A DNA stretch of 64,000 bases, taken from Flaccisagitta enflata (taxonomy: Eukaryota). Both the position numbers and the translations under genes were made by a program. How positions within the stretch are numbered: position 1 is the stretch's first letter; every line of letters starts with the position of its first letter. The notes beneath the pieces were generated by a model. That model saw only the letters and a list, made by a program, of their open reading frames with translations. It did no database searches and was not told the DNA's origin. Shown here piece by piece: positions 41,697 to 59,009 of the stretch. The stretch lies in contig OZ231126.1 of the NCBI GenBank assembly GCA_965153355.1, positions 42,966,001 to 43,030,000 of the forward strand, read 5' to 3'.

Positions 41697-43248
41697 GGGG
41701 GGGGAATCCCCTTAGTGAGACGATTTTTTTCCCTTAAGTGAGAAACAAAAAAATTCCCTCCAGTGAGACCAAAAAAAGAATCTCACTTAAGGGAAAAAAA
41801 TGTAGTCTCACTGAAGGGAATTTTTTCTCACTAAAATTCCCTCTAGTGAGACAAAAAAGGAGGAAAGTAGAGGAAATTCCCCCCAGTGAGACGACGCAAA
41901 GAAAATAGCAGATACTCATAACAGGAGTCTCCCTCTTTCCACTTACAAGATAGCGACAGTCGCGTGCTCATTTTTGCAACTACACATCTTCCCTCACCCA
42001 TTCCTCCCATCCACCCTTCCTACCATTTCAACCTCCCTTACATCCATTCCTTACTTGGTTACAACCTTACTTTCTTCCTTCTCTTCTTTCTTTTGTTGCA
42101 CCCTTTCCTCCCTTCTTCATTCCTTCTTTCCTTCTGGACCGATGACCTATGCTTTCACATTTGATTTGGGGGACGCATTTGTTAATTCCTTCTTGCCATT
42201 TCTCCCTTTATGTCTTCCTTCCTTCCTTCTTTCCTTTCAATCCTACCCTCCTCCCTTTTTCAGCATCAACCTTAAAAGGCCGATGTACTGTAGCAAACAA
42301 AGGTGAATTTCCAGTTGTTTGTCCTTCCATCTAAAATCACCCCTGTCATGCTTGTAGTTAGCTATCTCTTGTCTGAAATTTGTCCTCTCAAGCCTCTAAT
42401 CTGACCTTTTTGGCTTCAATCTTGCCTTCAGATTACCCTCTAAGGCCTCAAATCTGCCCTCATGCATCATATTGGCTCTCCTATGAGGCTACAAATCAGC
42501 CTCTGGATACTGCATATTTGCCGTAAAAGAAATCAAATCAGTCCTCCATAGTGCCCTCTCAGGAAGTCTGGTAATTCACTCCTGTGTCCTAAATAACATT
42601 GGTCCTTTTGGGCAGCTGCCCTGCTTTCACTCAATTTCTGCAGCTCATCACTTAAAACAGGGCATCTGGTGCCGCTGAACATATTCGATCAATGGATGAC
42701 TAGTTTCCATTGCTCCCTTCCTTCTTCCAATTCCTCCCTTTTTTTTTCTTTCCTTCAATTCCTACCTTCCTTCCCTCCTCCCATTCCTCCCTTCCTATCT
42801 TACTTCCATTCCCCCCTCCCTTCCTATTATTCATTCCTTCCTTCCCTTCTTTCACTTTATCCTTTCCATTCCTCCCTTTTTCCCATTTTTTCTTTCCTTT
42901 CTTTCTCTCTTCTTTTCTTCAATTCCCACCTTCCTTCTTTCCTTACATTCCTTCCTTCTTGCCATCCTTCCATTCCTCCCTTTTTTTCTTTCATTCCTCC
43001 CTTTCTTCCTTACTTACTTCATTCCTTCCTTTTTTTTTCTTTTCCTTAAAACAGATAGTATTTGAGACAGATGGACAGACAAATAGAGGAAAATGACTGA
43101 CCAACCAACCAACATAGTGTAAAGTCGCGTGCATTTGAGTGAAAATAAGGAGAATCATCCTTGTATAAGAATTTAAAGAAAACCCCATCAAGAGCGCTGT
43201 AGTATCATTTGAGAAAAAAACATCAGATAGTTACTCTGGTTGTTTTCT

Positions 43249-43322
<74 letters not shown>

Positions 43323-43537
43323 TTTTTAACTCTCTTTCCTTTTTCTCTTTCCTTTTTTCCTTTCTCACTAGAGGGAAAAATTAGTCTCACTAGAGGGAAA
43401 AATGGTAGTCTCACTGGAGGGAATTTTTTCTCACTAAAATTCCCTTTAGTGAGACAAAATAATAATCTCACTGGAGGGAATTTTAGTGAGAAAAAAATTC
43501 CCTCCAGTGAGAAAGTCGCACTAAGGGTACCCACCCC
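41697..43537. mobile_element. Non-autonomous TIR element with AGTGAGA/TCTCACT subterminal repeats
   Basis: ACACA|GGGGGGGGAATCCCCTTAGTGAGAC...GTCGCACTAAGGGTACCCACCCC|ACACA. TTCCCTCCAGTGAGA motifs at both ends in both orientations. Confidence 0.65.
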
Positions 43538-45231
43538 ACACAGAGACAGACGGCACAGACAGCCTGAGATCAACAAACAAGACCAAAGAAAATTTTTTTT
43601 AAAGAAAATTGATTTACACCGACATTGTCATGGATTTAATTTCAAGCGATGCATCAAGTCTCGATCGCGATCGGCGATCTTTCCTTCTTTTGACTAGGAA
43701 AGGAGGGATTGATCTCATTTGTAAAGGAAGCATGAGCAATGTAAATTCGTTAGGAAAAGGAAAAGCAGATACATGTTTTGTTGTGGAATCATCTATTATG
43801 TTAGAGGGCAATTCTGGAGTCCCAATTTGCAGGTTCGAGAGGAAAAGTAAACAAAACATCAAACTTCGGTTTATTGACCTACTGAATTCGGTGACCTACT
43901 GATAACTGAGGACTCCGGATTCAGTGACGGAGCTGGGAGAGTGATCCGTACAGTAAAAACAGTTCGAACCGGAGGTTCGGTCGGTCTGTAGACTAAGAAC
44001 AATGCTCTTTGATTGTTGCTGGGGACCATATTCATCTCTGACAACCGTTAGCGACCGCTTAATAAGGGACGATCTTACAAAATATTATATGGGAAAGTTG
44101 TAGAAAATTTGATTTTAAGCAAAGCGAAATGCTAACTTACCATAACGGGAACTAAAGCATCTTCGAAATAGTCTATGTTCCAAATATCAGTCCCTTAGCT
44201 TTATTTGTACCACCTAGATATTTTCTCTGCACTACCATAGCACCTACTAGGCACCAATTCAGCAACTCAAAAGCTTCTCTAAAGCACCTCCTAATCCTAT
44301 GCCCTACCTTCCTGCGCGCATGCGCAACAGCTTCGCTTTCAACTGATTTCAATAAAGAATATTCGCCTTTTTTCTTTCTTTTTATCTTTTTTTTTCGTTT
44401 ACTGCGATCGTTAAAAAAAGGAGATCCTCGTTCTCCCTCTATTTAACAAAAAAAAAAAAAAAAAAAAAAAAAGAAGAAGAAGAAATAAAAAGAAGAAATA
44501 GATAGAAAAGAAAAGAAGAAATAAAAAGAAGAAAAGATGCGTGGAATGCCTGAGAGTATTAAGAGGTGATGCAGCCATTTGTTTGAGAGTATTTTTGAGT
44601 ATTTCGGAGCATTTTCAGGGTGATGAAGGTGACAACATTATTTTCGTCTCATTAATCGACATGCAACCAAATGATGCCTCTGCCTTTTTGCCTCTGCTCA
44701 ACTTGGAACTTGTAGAGAAAGGACGGCGGTTTGAGCCTGATAATGATTCGGGGCTGGGAATGTGAATCATGTTTAGCTCTGGTGATCTGGCTCTTTGTGG
44801 ACGATGAACATGAGAACGTATATAGAAGTTAGAACGTCGGTAGGTATACCATGGCATCGTATCGTGTCGCTGACATTAACAGTAAACACGAGGTAGTCAC
44901 GGGTGTTTTAAAATTGAAGCACGGGGCGTGGCTGAATCGAAAAAAAGGGAAAAAAGTGAAAAGGTTATCCCGCGATTGCATCTGCATTAAATTTAGGGCT
45001 AAAAAACTGGCTGGCGCACCTAGGAAGAGAGAGTTACAGATAGACAGCCTGACAGGCAGATAGACAGACAGAGATAATGGGCGTAGAGTGTGCGCCCTAC
45101 TCATCTTTATTCTAATGGGATTTTATTTTTTGAAGGTTTCTTTCTGTAGTTCGAATGCAAGGATGTGTATCTGCAAGGGTTGTTTTGTTCGTCTTGCTCA
45201 CCTTCTCGCTGCCCGAATGTCTCACAGCAAT

Positions 45232-47069
<1,838 letters not shown>

Positions 47070-47467
47070 ACTTACTCTTTCAACCCTGTTTGTGTCTAAT
47101 AAAATTCTTCGCGCGTGAGACTCGTTTCCTCTCTTCCTTTATTTCCTCCCTTCCTTACTTTTCTTCGATTTCTTTCCTTCTTATGCCGAAGTTCCCCCCC
47201 CTTCCTTCTCCTTTAATCCCTTTCCTCTTCTTTTATTCTCACTCCGTTTCCCTCTTTCTCTCGCAGCTTGCTTATATTTTTACAATCATCGAGTTGCATA
47301 TTTAATGTTTGTACTTAAGCAATCCTGCTGATGGTACTGATGAATGTCTGTACACTTAAATCTAGGATCTTGTTACTTAGTCTATATGCTTTATAGATAT
47401 ACACTCATCGTCCATGTAGTCAGCACACGTAGCCGACGCGTTGTCGCCTCTGCAGTCAACCCCTCAC

Positions 47468-47515
47468 GTTGCTTAGCGACGTTGCTTAGCGACACTCCTC
47501 ACGTTGCTTAGCGAC
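47468..47515. promoter_or_regulatory. Three tandem RFX X-box-like motifs
   Basis: GTTGCTTAGCGAC at 47468, 47481 and 47503 resembles the RFX palindrome GTTGC(N)nGCAAC. Confidence 0.4.
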
Positions 47516-48120
47516 ACTGCGATCGTTTGTTGACCCGGAAAGCATCGGAAAATCATAACGCGAGATAGAAAAAAAAAAGATTAGAAAAATAAAAAGGCAA
47601 AGGAAAAGAAAAAAAAATCCTGTTTGCCAACGGTTGAGGCAAAAAGGGTCATGTGAGGGAGACATACACCCCGCAGCTGAATTGGATAGCAACTCGCCGG
47701 CCCCATCGGAGAATCATCAACTAGGAAGATAACTAATCGTATGTTTGTTTATTTTTTTTTTTGTCTCGTTATTTTGTTCTTGATTATTTCGGTACATATT
47801 TATCGGTTAATATAATCCTCATTCATGTCCTTATTTTCTTCGCATGATCATGCGAATTCGCTTGTAATTGTTCAATTTAAACGTTTGTCTGTTTTTTTTT
47901 GTCTGTCAATATAGTTGCATATTATATCATATCAGATCTTTTTCAACTGATTGTTTGTTGGAATCTTTTTTTTATTGTTGGATCAGATGCTTAAAGTCAA
48001 CATGAAAATGAATTTCTGAGCATTACCCTTCAGTGTTTCCCCATCGGTAATGGAAGTCTGCCTCATCTCAAAGGCTTGTAATGATGCGAAACATTTAAGT
48101 AACTACATATAAGTTTTAAG

Positions 48121-48311
<191 letters not shown>

Positions 48312-49620
48312 TTCTTTCTTTTCAGCGCCCGCCAGGCGTCGACTAAGTCTCACCACATCCAAATATGGCAATAACTCACTCACCTTTTGCTCTTCCAAAG
48401 CATCTTTCATCTTCCTTTTAGCCCAAAAGAGTTGGGCTCTTTTTTGAGGGGGACCAGTTGAATCTTTGGTTTGCTAAGAAAACGATTCAAGTGACATTTG
48501 TGAAACACTTTGACATTATACATTTATTTTCCGTATGTCCTTTACGCCTGTGCAAAATGCATTTCTCGACGCTTTTCGGCCGAATTGAGATTTGACAGCA
48601 TGATATACTATTACGTTTTTAGAAGCTCTTTTGATTGTCATGTCGGCAGTCTGTCTGCCTTTAAATATGTTTCACACATACAACGAAATTCACTCCACGC
48701 AGAGACACAATCAGAACGCATCGTTGCCCGATCGGGCTTGTTTAGATACGTACGCGTGTTAAGCAAAAAAGAAAATTTGGCAAAGTCATGTGACTACTTT
48801 AGATTGTGACAACTTGTAAGTTATAATTGAACTATTGAAAATAATGACTAAAATTGCGGATGAATGGGACAAGCCTAGTGGTATGAATCTCAGCAATGTA
48901 AATTATTGTACAAGTTCATGTGAATGGATTTTTTTCCAAGTGCTCAGATTATACCGCCCCCAAGGTCATGTAAAAAGAGGAAATCATGTCTCACGTCTTG
49001 TCTCGCTCTCACAGTCTGCGTTTTTATGAGACTCGTTTCTTACATCGGCACATCATATCCTCTCTCTTTTACAACCTTTGAATACAGTAAAGTTTCGATG
49101 GTGCGAAGGGACTGAATGAGACTGAACCCCGCAAAAGATCCGCCTCGTATCCATTTGCCATTGCATGAAAGTTGGACAACATTGCTGTAAAACCAAAACT
49201 AGAAAAAAGACAAGAGCATACCATACCATACCATACCATAATATACCAACGAGCTGCTCTATAGAAGCAAATCCACAGCCAAAAGCATCGATAATTTGTT
49301 TTTACAATGTGCTAGTGGCAATATGAGAGTATATGTATGTCTAACTGCGCTCCCTTCATTAATCGCATTTGTCTGATCATGGCCTTCCCACTGTTTAAAG
49401 CTCATGATACACACAACCTTAAACTATGATCTGCTTCACTGATTGAGAAAAGTACACAACTATGAGTCAACCCCAAAATATGTGATTTACAGTAATCATA
49501 TCAAAACAAAACATGATAGAGACTAAGGTATCTTTGTCTTCAAGAAAAACCTGCTTCCAACTTCCTTCTTCTTCTTTTTCTTCTTCTTCTTCTTCTTCTT
49601 CTTCTTCTTCTTCTTCTTCT

Positions 49621-49667
<47 letters not shown>

Positions 49668-50154
49668 TTCTTCTTCTTCTTCTTCTTCTTCTTCTTCTTC
49701 TTCTTCTCCTTCTTCTTCTTTTTCAACCCCTATTTCACCGTTGTGCTGCCTCCCTTGGTATGACTCTTTCCTTCCCCTTTCCCCCTTCTTATCATCCTTT
49801 TTGCGTCCTTCAAGCCATTTCCCATTCTTCTCCATTTCCCCCTCACATTTTGCCCCCTTTGACCCAACCCAACTCAACGAATAGAAATCTTCCTTCCTCA
49901 ATCTTTGAATCTTGATCAAAGGAATCATAAATGTCCAAACATTTCCCAAGAATTATTCCCTAGTGCCAGGTTCTCTCTATCTCCCACAGTCTGACTCTCT
50001 TCTCACTCTGTCTCTGTCTATCTGTATGTCTGTTTGTCTGTCTGTGTGCTTTCCTATCTGTGTGTTGATCTGTTTGTCTGACTGTCTCTCATTTCTCGGT
50101 ACGTTTCTATTACTCTGTCTGTCTGCCTGTCTGTCTCTGTCTCTGTCTCTCTCC

Positions 50155-50253
<99 letters not shown>

Positions 50254-50408
50254 TCTATCCTATTTTTTTTTTCGTCTTTGATTTGGAATCTTAGAAGTAG
50301 GTCTGGATTTTTTGTTTGTTTGTGATGATGTTGTTTTTGCTTTGGCCAAAGTATGAAATATCATGTATTTGCAAGTGATCAGTCTCGCTCAACATTTCTT
50401 TCATTCGG

Positions 50409-50499
<91 letters not shown>

Positions 50500-51555
50500 C
50501 TCTCTCTCTCTCTCTCTTTCTCCTTGCTGTTTTTCTTCTTTCCTCCTTACCTCCCTTGCTATTTTTGACTTATTTCTTACTCTCTCATGTAGTAGCACCA
50601 TATCCACATCTGCATTTCTGTCTTCCATTCCTGTATTTTCCTACTTCTTGAGCAGCGGCCCCAAAGGAGATGAAGTCCCATAGCACACGAAGAATCTGTC
50701 CATCGGTCAGTCCATTTGTTCATACTTAAATATGTTTATCAGTCAATCCTTTCGCCCTTCATTTTAGCCTCTGAGACCCAGACCCCGGCCTTTGAGGCCT
50801 AGATTCTCTTTTTTTGAGACCCAGGTTCTGGCCTCTAAGACGTAATTTCTATTCTCTGAGACTTAGACCAAAAGTTTTGAAGACCTTTGTGGCACAAATT
50901 CCGGCCTCCATTATCCAGATCTGTTTCTGCCCTCTTGGACCCAGATCCTGTACGGATGGACGGACGCACAGATTCCCCCTGTGTTCTACAGGACTTCTTT
51001 CCCTTTTGGGCCGCTGCTCTGCTCCCCCTCTTTGACTTTACTAACAAACCATTCAAGCAGGGCATGGATGCCGCTGACCATACACTGGCTCTTGTCTATC
51101 ATTAGATGCATCAACATCTCTCTGTAAGATATTCTGTCCATTCGCCTATCCGATGGTCCATCTTTTGGTTTGTCGGTCTGTCAGTCCGTCCATGTAGATG
51201 TTGGTCCCCTTGAAAAATCACGTGGATGAAATTTGCTAGCAAATCCAAACTAAGTTTTCTACCCTATATCAATACAACCACCTCCCCTTTTGTGAGTCTT
51301 TCTTATGCCGGACCCCGACTTAGCTCTCCACCCATACCATATATCCACTCAACCTGCGTTAATCTCTTGCCCAGCAACATAAAAACTGTATCTGCCTTCA
51401 TCCCCAACACGTACGACTGCGGGGTAAGTGAACCCAATAAGCCCCTTCTTGTGTTCATGACATGGGCGATCTTTTCCTTCGCTCTCATGTTTTCCTTTTA
51501 GACCTCGATAACCTTTTTTCTTCATCTCCACTGACTTTTTCGATGCCACCATCGT

Positions 51556-51647
<92 letters not shown>

Positions 51648-52202
51648 AAAAGTTGTTTTTTTCTTTGGCCATTTTATCCGTTTGTCACGCTGGAACGACT
51701 TATCTGTTCACTTTTTCCCTTTTCCTCTTTTTTTTTCTTTTTAGCAAATGCGTCATTTCGAGTTGACGAGGAAGCAGGTATCATGTGTCCTTGCAACCGC
51801 GTTTCATCGACGCAACGGAAAATTACTTCAATCGTTTCGACAGTTCGACACCACACCTTACGAACAAATTTGCTTTACTTTACTTTTTATGCCGCTGCGA
51901 AAGGCATCAATTCCGCATTATCGTTGCTGCTAACTTTTTAATAAACTAGAAAGATCCTCATCGGGACTTCATTTATCCGTGTTTCTCTCTTTTCATTTCA
52001 TTTAAGTTTCTTTTTATCAAGCTTGACTCAAAATACGTGGAAAAAAATTCTTTTTCATTCCAGCGATCAGTCAGAACAAGGCGGGATACATGCCTGCCCC
52101 AGTCGCGTCGCGTTTGGGATGGCAGGGGCAACCACTCCAGGCCATTGGCAAGGGTAGGGATGTAGAAATCTGTGTCTGTCTGTCTGTCTGTCTGTCTGTC
52201 GG

Positions 52203-52311
<109 letters not shown>

Positions 52312-52413
52312 CACTGTCCTGCGCCGTTTCTATGCACTAGGGCGCGCTTTTGCGGTCGTTTTCAACGTTATTCGCATCGTCGGGGCAAAGAGACAACGCA
52401 ATGAAGTAAAACG

Positions 52414-52929
52414 GGAAGAAGAAAAAGAAGAAGAAGAAGATGAAGACGAAGAAGAAGAAGAAGAAGAAGAAGAAGAAGAAGAAGAAGAAGAAGAAGAAGG
52501 AGAAGAAGAAGAAGAAAGAAGAAGAAGAAGAAGAAGAAGAGAAGAAGAAGATGAAGAAGAAGAAGAAGAAGGAAGAAGAAAGAAGAAGAAGAGAAGAAGA
52601 AGAAGAAGAAGAAGAAGAAGAAGAAGAAGAAGAAGAAGAAGAAGAAGAAGAAGAAGAAGAAGAAGACCAAGAAGAAGAAGAAGAAGAAGAAGAAGAAGAA
52701 GAAGAAGAAGAAGAAGAAGAAGAAGAAGAAGAAGAAGAAGAAGAAGAAGAAGAAGAAGAAGAAGAAGAAGAAGAAGAAGAAGAAGAAGAAGAAGAAGAAG
52801 AAGAAGAAGAAGAAGAAGAAGAAGAAGAAGAAGAAGAAGAAGGAAGAAGAAGAAGAAGAAGGTGAAGATGAAGGAGAAGAAGAAGAAGAAACAACAACAA
52901 AAAAGAAGAAGAAGAAGAAGAAGAAGAAG

Positions 52930-53023
<94 letters not shown>

Positions 53024-53380
53024 TCTAAAGAAGGAAATAAAGAAGAAGATAAGAAGAAGGGAAAAGATTAGTTAGGTCCTATCATAGGAGAGGGCGAACA
53101 AGACAAAGAAGTAAAACAGGAGGAAGAACAGCCACAAGAATAACGGGAACAAGAAGAAGAAGAAGAAAAAGAAAAAGAAAAAGAAAAAGAAAAAGAAAAA
53201 GAAAAAGAAAAAAAAAGAAAAGGAAAAAGAAAAAGAAAAAGAAAAAGAAAAAGAAAAAGAGAAAGAAAAAGACAACGGAAACAAAAACGAAAACAAAAAC
53301 AAAAACGAAAACAAAAATGAAAACGAAAACGAAGACAAAAACGAAAACGAAAAATGAAAACGAAAACGAAAACGAAAAAG
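52414..53380. repeat. Compound (GAA)n / (AAC)n / (GAAAAA)n / (GAAAAC)n tract
   Basis: Directly visible. Confidence 0.96.
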
Positions 53381-53385
53381 ACAAA

Positions 53386-53654
53386 GGGTGCGTTTCTAGT
53401 CAGAGACAATCGCGTTTTTAAAGGGCCACTTGGTCGCTCGCTACGTTCGTTCGCTTGCACCGCTCACTCCGATCACCCACTCCGCAGCGCTTCGCTTCGC
53501 TACACTTGCTTGGCTCGCTCGCTCTGCTCACACGCTCGCTCACTTACTTCGCTCACTCCCTTGTGGGACAGTTGAAATTCTTGAATATGTGTTCACGCTG
53601 TGAATGCGTTTCACAGAAACAAACAAGTTTTTCATCTTCACTAGAAACACGCCC
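53386..53654. mobile_element. PIF/Harbinger-type MITE, 3-bp TSD AAA
   Basis: AAA|GGGTGCGTTTCTAGT...ACTAGAAACACGCCC|AAA. TIR related to 24737-25237. Interior of CGCT repeats. Confidence 0.82.
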
Positions 53655-54306
53655 AAAGTCAAGAAAGAGCTTAAGAATAAGAGGAAGGCAAGGCATAGAA
53701 TTTCGATAATAAGTGCGAGAGAAAGAGACGAAGTCCTTTGTCTATCGCTCGCAACTTAGAGACCTTGTGGACGACTCAAACTTGTCCACTAAAGAATACT
53801 ACGTTGCCACAAAAAAGGTTTGAAACCTTTTTTTGCAAAATATAACAGCCCTTTATATAGTTGAGTCCCCCCCCCCCCGTGCCACCCTCAAAGGGTTTGG
53901 AGATGGGGAAGGAGATCAAAGGGGGAAAAAGAGAGAGAAAAAGAAAATTTGGGGAAAATATAACTTTTGGCAGTACCAAATCATAAGAACTAATAAGAAA
54001 AGAAAATTAAAGGCAGGGGGGGGGGGAAATCAAAAGCGACTCGACATAAATCATCTACCTGCCCAAATCCAAGCCTTGAGGTCCAAATTCCAGCTTCAAG
54101 GTCTCAATTTCAGCATGGACGCTTTGATCTCAACTTTATAGCCCAATTCCCAGCCTCAAACCCCAAATCTCAGCCTCAAGGCTGAAGTCCTATTAAGTGT
54201 CCAAATTAGCCCCATCTCATCTCATTCCCACATATACTAACCCAGGGGGATCGGGTAGCGCTGGGCGCTGATCATTTATCGCTTTTGCGGCTATTGTTGT
54301 TGTTTT

Positions 54307-54396
<90 letters not shown>

Positions 54397-54461
54397 TTTG
54401 TTGTTGCGATGGAGAAGATGAAGCGGAAAATGAAGAATGTTGTTCCGTTGGTTTCTTGCGG

Positions 54462-54528
<67 letters not shown>

Positions 54529-55399
54529 ATTGCATTCATTTTTATTCCATTTCCATATTGAGCCTATGAAGTCTATCATTCTGCTTCACGGTTAATCATT
54601 TTTTTTGTCTCGGACGCTATGTCGCTCTCTTTCTCTCTCTCCCCCTATTATTGTTTTTTTTTTCTTCTATTTTTCATATTGTATTCTCTCGAATGAACAA
54701 TCGGAAAACCTTTAAAAAAGACTGTTGACGGAGCAAATGTATTGAGAAACGATATCGTTGTGCAAATGTAAGCAGAAGATGGGATCAGGCTTATCAAGCG
54801 AGCGGATATGATTGTATATCATTATTCAATGATATATTAACAATGTATAATTTATACGGTCGATCCATAAGGCATTGGCAAACATTTTTTTCATTTTCTA
54901 CATTAAACATTATATTCCAATGAGAATGGTTCTGTTCCTCTTCCACAGCTTGAAATTGCGAATGCGGATCAATTTAAGCACATAATTTGACGGGATTGAT
55001 ACTAAATCATAAGAACACCATTTTAGCTCTACCCACGAAAATTGTTTATTTGTCCTTATTTGTATATTTATAAGGAGAATTAGTTTCACGCAACACAGCG
55101 TTAAACGCTTTTACGCATACAGTTGTAACTGTAGCATCTCATTTTGTTTTTGTGAGATTTGAAAGACAGAAGAAGATTGAAACTCGATACTTTCGTTGTC
55201 AATGTCATATAATAGATGATATTAAATAGATTCACGATCCCTGATTCAGGATGGCTTCCGCGGCTGGAGAGAGAGAGAAAGAAAGAGAGAGAAACCTTTA
55301 CTTTTTACGACAATTTTATTGTTATGGAGTCTACATCCGACTCTCGTTGAAGCCATATAGTCAAAATTCAAATATCTTCTTCCTCAATCTCATCCAATG

Positions 55400-55556
<157 letters not shown>

Positions 55557-56015
55557 ATGTAAGAAGCTTTGAATCACGGCATACTAACATATTAGCATTT
55601 GGAAATCACTGTCGCCTCATTCCGGTAACTGATGAACCATCTTTTCATGTATGTTATGTATGAAAGTTGGACAACACAGTTTAAGTGAAGGAAAATAGCC
55701 CGCGTGCTACTTACAAGCAACAAAAAGTAAGCGTATGTATTCCTTCAATACCCCTGCAAAAATGTACAAAAGTCTGCATTGTTCCATGTTCATCTGTTTC
55801 ACATCTTTTCGTTTGCCATCACAATTCCATCCCTTTATTTTATGGTTTATCCGTACACCGATAAATCTGTTTGTTTCATATTCATTTCTACCGTTTCTGT
55901 CGGTCTATCCGACCCCTTCTCTGTCTGTTTGTGTCTATATCTCACAAATACACACGCACACGCACACTCACTATCTCTCACAAACACACGCACGCACGCA
56001 CGCACGCACACACAA

Positions 56016-56135
<120 letters not shown>

Positions 56136-56906
56136 ACACACACACACGTTTCCATTGAAGGGCTTTCGTTTGTTATGAAGTTGGGAGTTGCGATGACAGC
56201 TGCATTCTGAATCTTGGGCATTTGTGCCATTTTTCGCGTTTTGTTGCCGATATCAATAACGCCAACAATAACAGGAACAATATCGCGCTCCTTTCGAAAC
56301 ACATTTGGCTGCGAATATGGAAGGATTTCAAAACATCGTCTCACGAAAATATGAAAAAAAATCATCCAAGAAGCCTGTCAACGAACCTTTTCTCTCCTTT
56401 TACACTCAGTGCAAACCTTCTAGTTCCCTGAGGAAAACTGAATAGCACGAATGAATGTGCTGGAGAACAAGTAGCAGATGAACTGACACTCTGTGGATCC
56501 ATCACCTCCCCCCCCAAAAAAAGGAAACTTTTAGGTAACATTCAAAACAACAATTTTGTTATGTACAAATATTTCTTCAAATCAAGCAATCTGTTGGGGT
56601 AAGAGATACTGTTTCCTCTGGAATAAGGGCAAAGGGGATAGAAAAAGAACAAGGGATTGTGAAAAGTCAAGTATGTGAAAGTGATGTAATTCTCTTTAAG
56701 GATTGCCGAACGTGTACAGCTCCAGTTATCCGACCTCCTACTCACGCAATATGATCTTTTTTTCTCGATAGCAAATAACTCGTATGATCCCTGACCCCTA
56801 TGTGAGCGTCTCTCATTATTGAACATAACAATACTTGGTTTGTCTGAATAGTATTATTAACGATACGACCGAAGCTTTGTAAAAGGACGTACAATGGTAA
56901 AGAAAT

Positions 56907-57102
56907 AACAAGGCCGGATACACGGCTACCCCATTCGCGTGCGGGTGGGCAGGGGCCATAATTAAGGTCACCATATCAGTTGGGCAGGAGTAGTGAGGCC
57001 AAAAACCATAAAAACCCAAAAAAAGTAAAGTGTGACCGACGGACGGACCGACGGACAGACCGACAAAGCGGAGTGTAGAGTCGCGTAGCACGCGACTAAA
57101 AA
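56907..57102 (-). mobile_element. DINE-1/HINE-like short element, family A (well preserved)
   Basis: AACAAGGCCGGATACACGGC hairpin end, TCGCGTGCGGGTGGGCAGGGGC, (GACG/GACC)n, AGTCGCGTAGCACGCGACTAAAAA palindrome. Confidence 0.72.
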
Positions 57103-58439
57103 TGAATGGAAAAGAAAAATCATTCCGAAAAAAACTGTGGTACTGCAATTTCTAGAAGATGACTTTTCTGTTTTTCTTTGATTAAAAATAGCACCTCCCA
57201 AGATACAAGCGTTGGGGAAAACGATGAGGCTTGCAACAATCATGAGTTTGACAGCGTTACCATTCTACCAGAATCAGATTCAACATCAATGGGCAGACAC
57301 GCCGATAAAGATGTATTAGTTACTTGTATTGTTGTTGATCCCGTCAATTTGGCAGTGTCTAATCATGTCTGTAACTGAAGTCCTTTGAGGGATTTCGCAA
57401 GAAATTTTGCCTGAAATACTATGATGTTGGTTTTGCTCCGTAAGTTTACAGCTTTTCGCGGAATCAGGGTAGAGGGACAACTGAAAGCACAGTCATATAT
57501 GCCACATATTTTTCGTTGATAATACAAAGCACCCACAAACTGCAACGCCGTGCCTATAACAAAGCACTTGCTTTGAAGTATTGGTAGATGTGTCATGTGT
57601 GGCACGGTAGTAAGTGGTGGTATAGTTTGTTGGCGGTAAAATTCATGCTGTGATAGAAGTGAATGCGGTGATAAAGGTTGGTCCCGTTAGAGTGGTGAAA
57701 ACGGTAGAAGCGACGATAGAAAAGAAAGCGGTGTAAGCGGTGTAAGCTGTGTAAGCTGTGATAGAAGTGAAAACGGTTATAACGGTAGATAAGCGGTAGT
57801 TATCACCGGGTTGGCAATGCGATCCGTGATGACGGCGACCGTTTTCCGCTCGGAGTGTTCTATGGGAAATTCGCACGCATTTAATCTGAGCGTTTCTCGC
57901 GCATTTGCTCATTATCTTCACGCGCGCCAAACGAGACTATGCACGCGCATGCACATAATATCATCGGACGTGTGGGTCCAAAATACCGTCATGGGAGTGT
58001 GCGTGTGCGTTAACGCGGCGAAAGTGCTAACGTTTATGTATTCATCACACGCACTCGAGAACGCATGGTGGGACTGGTGGTGGTGGGTATTTGCTTTGTT
58101 GCTTTCACGCCCTGAAATGATGTCATTGTGACGCGGGATCGCGGGAGGTGATGTGTCGCTAACCATGTCTCTCGGCGTGTTTGTTGAAAAAGAAAATATC
58201 ACTAATTTAAGGATGGCGTGGGCATGATGGCTCGAGTTTTGCGGTGGAAATTAACGGATTTTACAAAACTGGTCCCGGTGGTCTTTCATGTAAAGAAGTA
58301 CCAATATCTCTTTAAACTCCATTTAAGATTGTTCCTGTTTTATGTAAGGCTTTTTAGTGAATACTTTGTCTTGGGTGCGATGCGAGGAGTAATGAGCGCT
58401 CAGTTTCGTTTTGAAGATTACATTCTTTCGCTTTCGCGC

Positions 58440-58622
<183 letters not shown>

Positions 58623-58715
58623 TCTCCGTCATTTTGCGTTTTTGTGTCCGCAATATTGAATGTCGTCCTCAACCTCGAAAAGTGCGAGAAATCTGCATAA
58701 CAAAGAACTGTTCCT

Positions 58716-58755
<40 letters not shown>

Positions 58756-58759
58756 AGTA

Positions 58760-58808
<49 letters not shown>

Positions 58809-58810
58809 CG
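58716..58810. repeat. (GGC)n microsatellite
   Basis: Directly visible, with two interruptions. Confidence 0.97.
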
Positions 58811-59009
58811 ACAGTTGCTAAGGTATTGTTTTTCTGTACTGTTTTTCTAAGCTATCAATTGTTTGAATACCCATGCTACTGGCACATTATCCACACTTAT
58901 GTGCTACAACTTATCAACGACATATTTCATTATACGTAAGCGAGATGTTGCATCATTGATGTTCCTTGTCTGACCAATTCTTAGTTTTACCAACCTAAGC
59001 AAGATCTAC

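Noticed and set aside
43740-44079. Solo LTR (TGTAA...TTACA with AATAAA on the minus strand)
   Set aside because: No TSD or PBS, and the TTACA end belongs to a MITE-type motif also seen near 25750 and, inverted, near 40970.
55625-55680. Hammerhead-like CTGATGA...GAAA
   Set aside because: No stem II closing pair and no cleavage-site stem.
58634-58939. Poly-Ala/Gly exon from (GGC)n
   Set aside because: Flanking translations are not protein-like; treated as a microsatellite.
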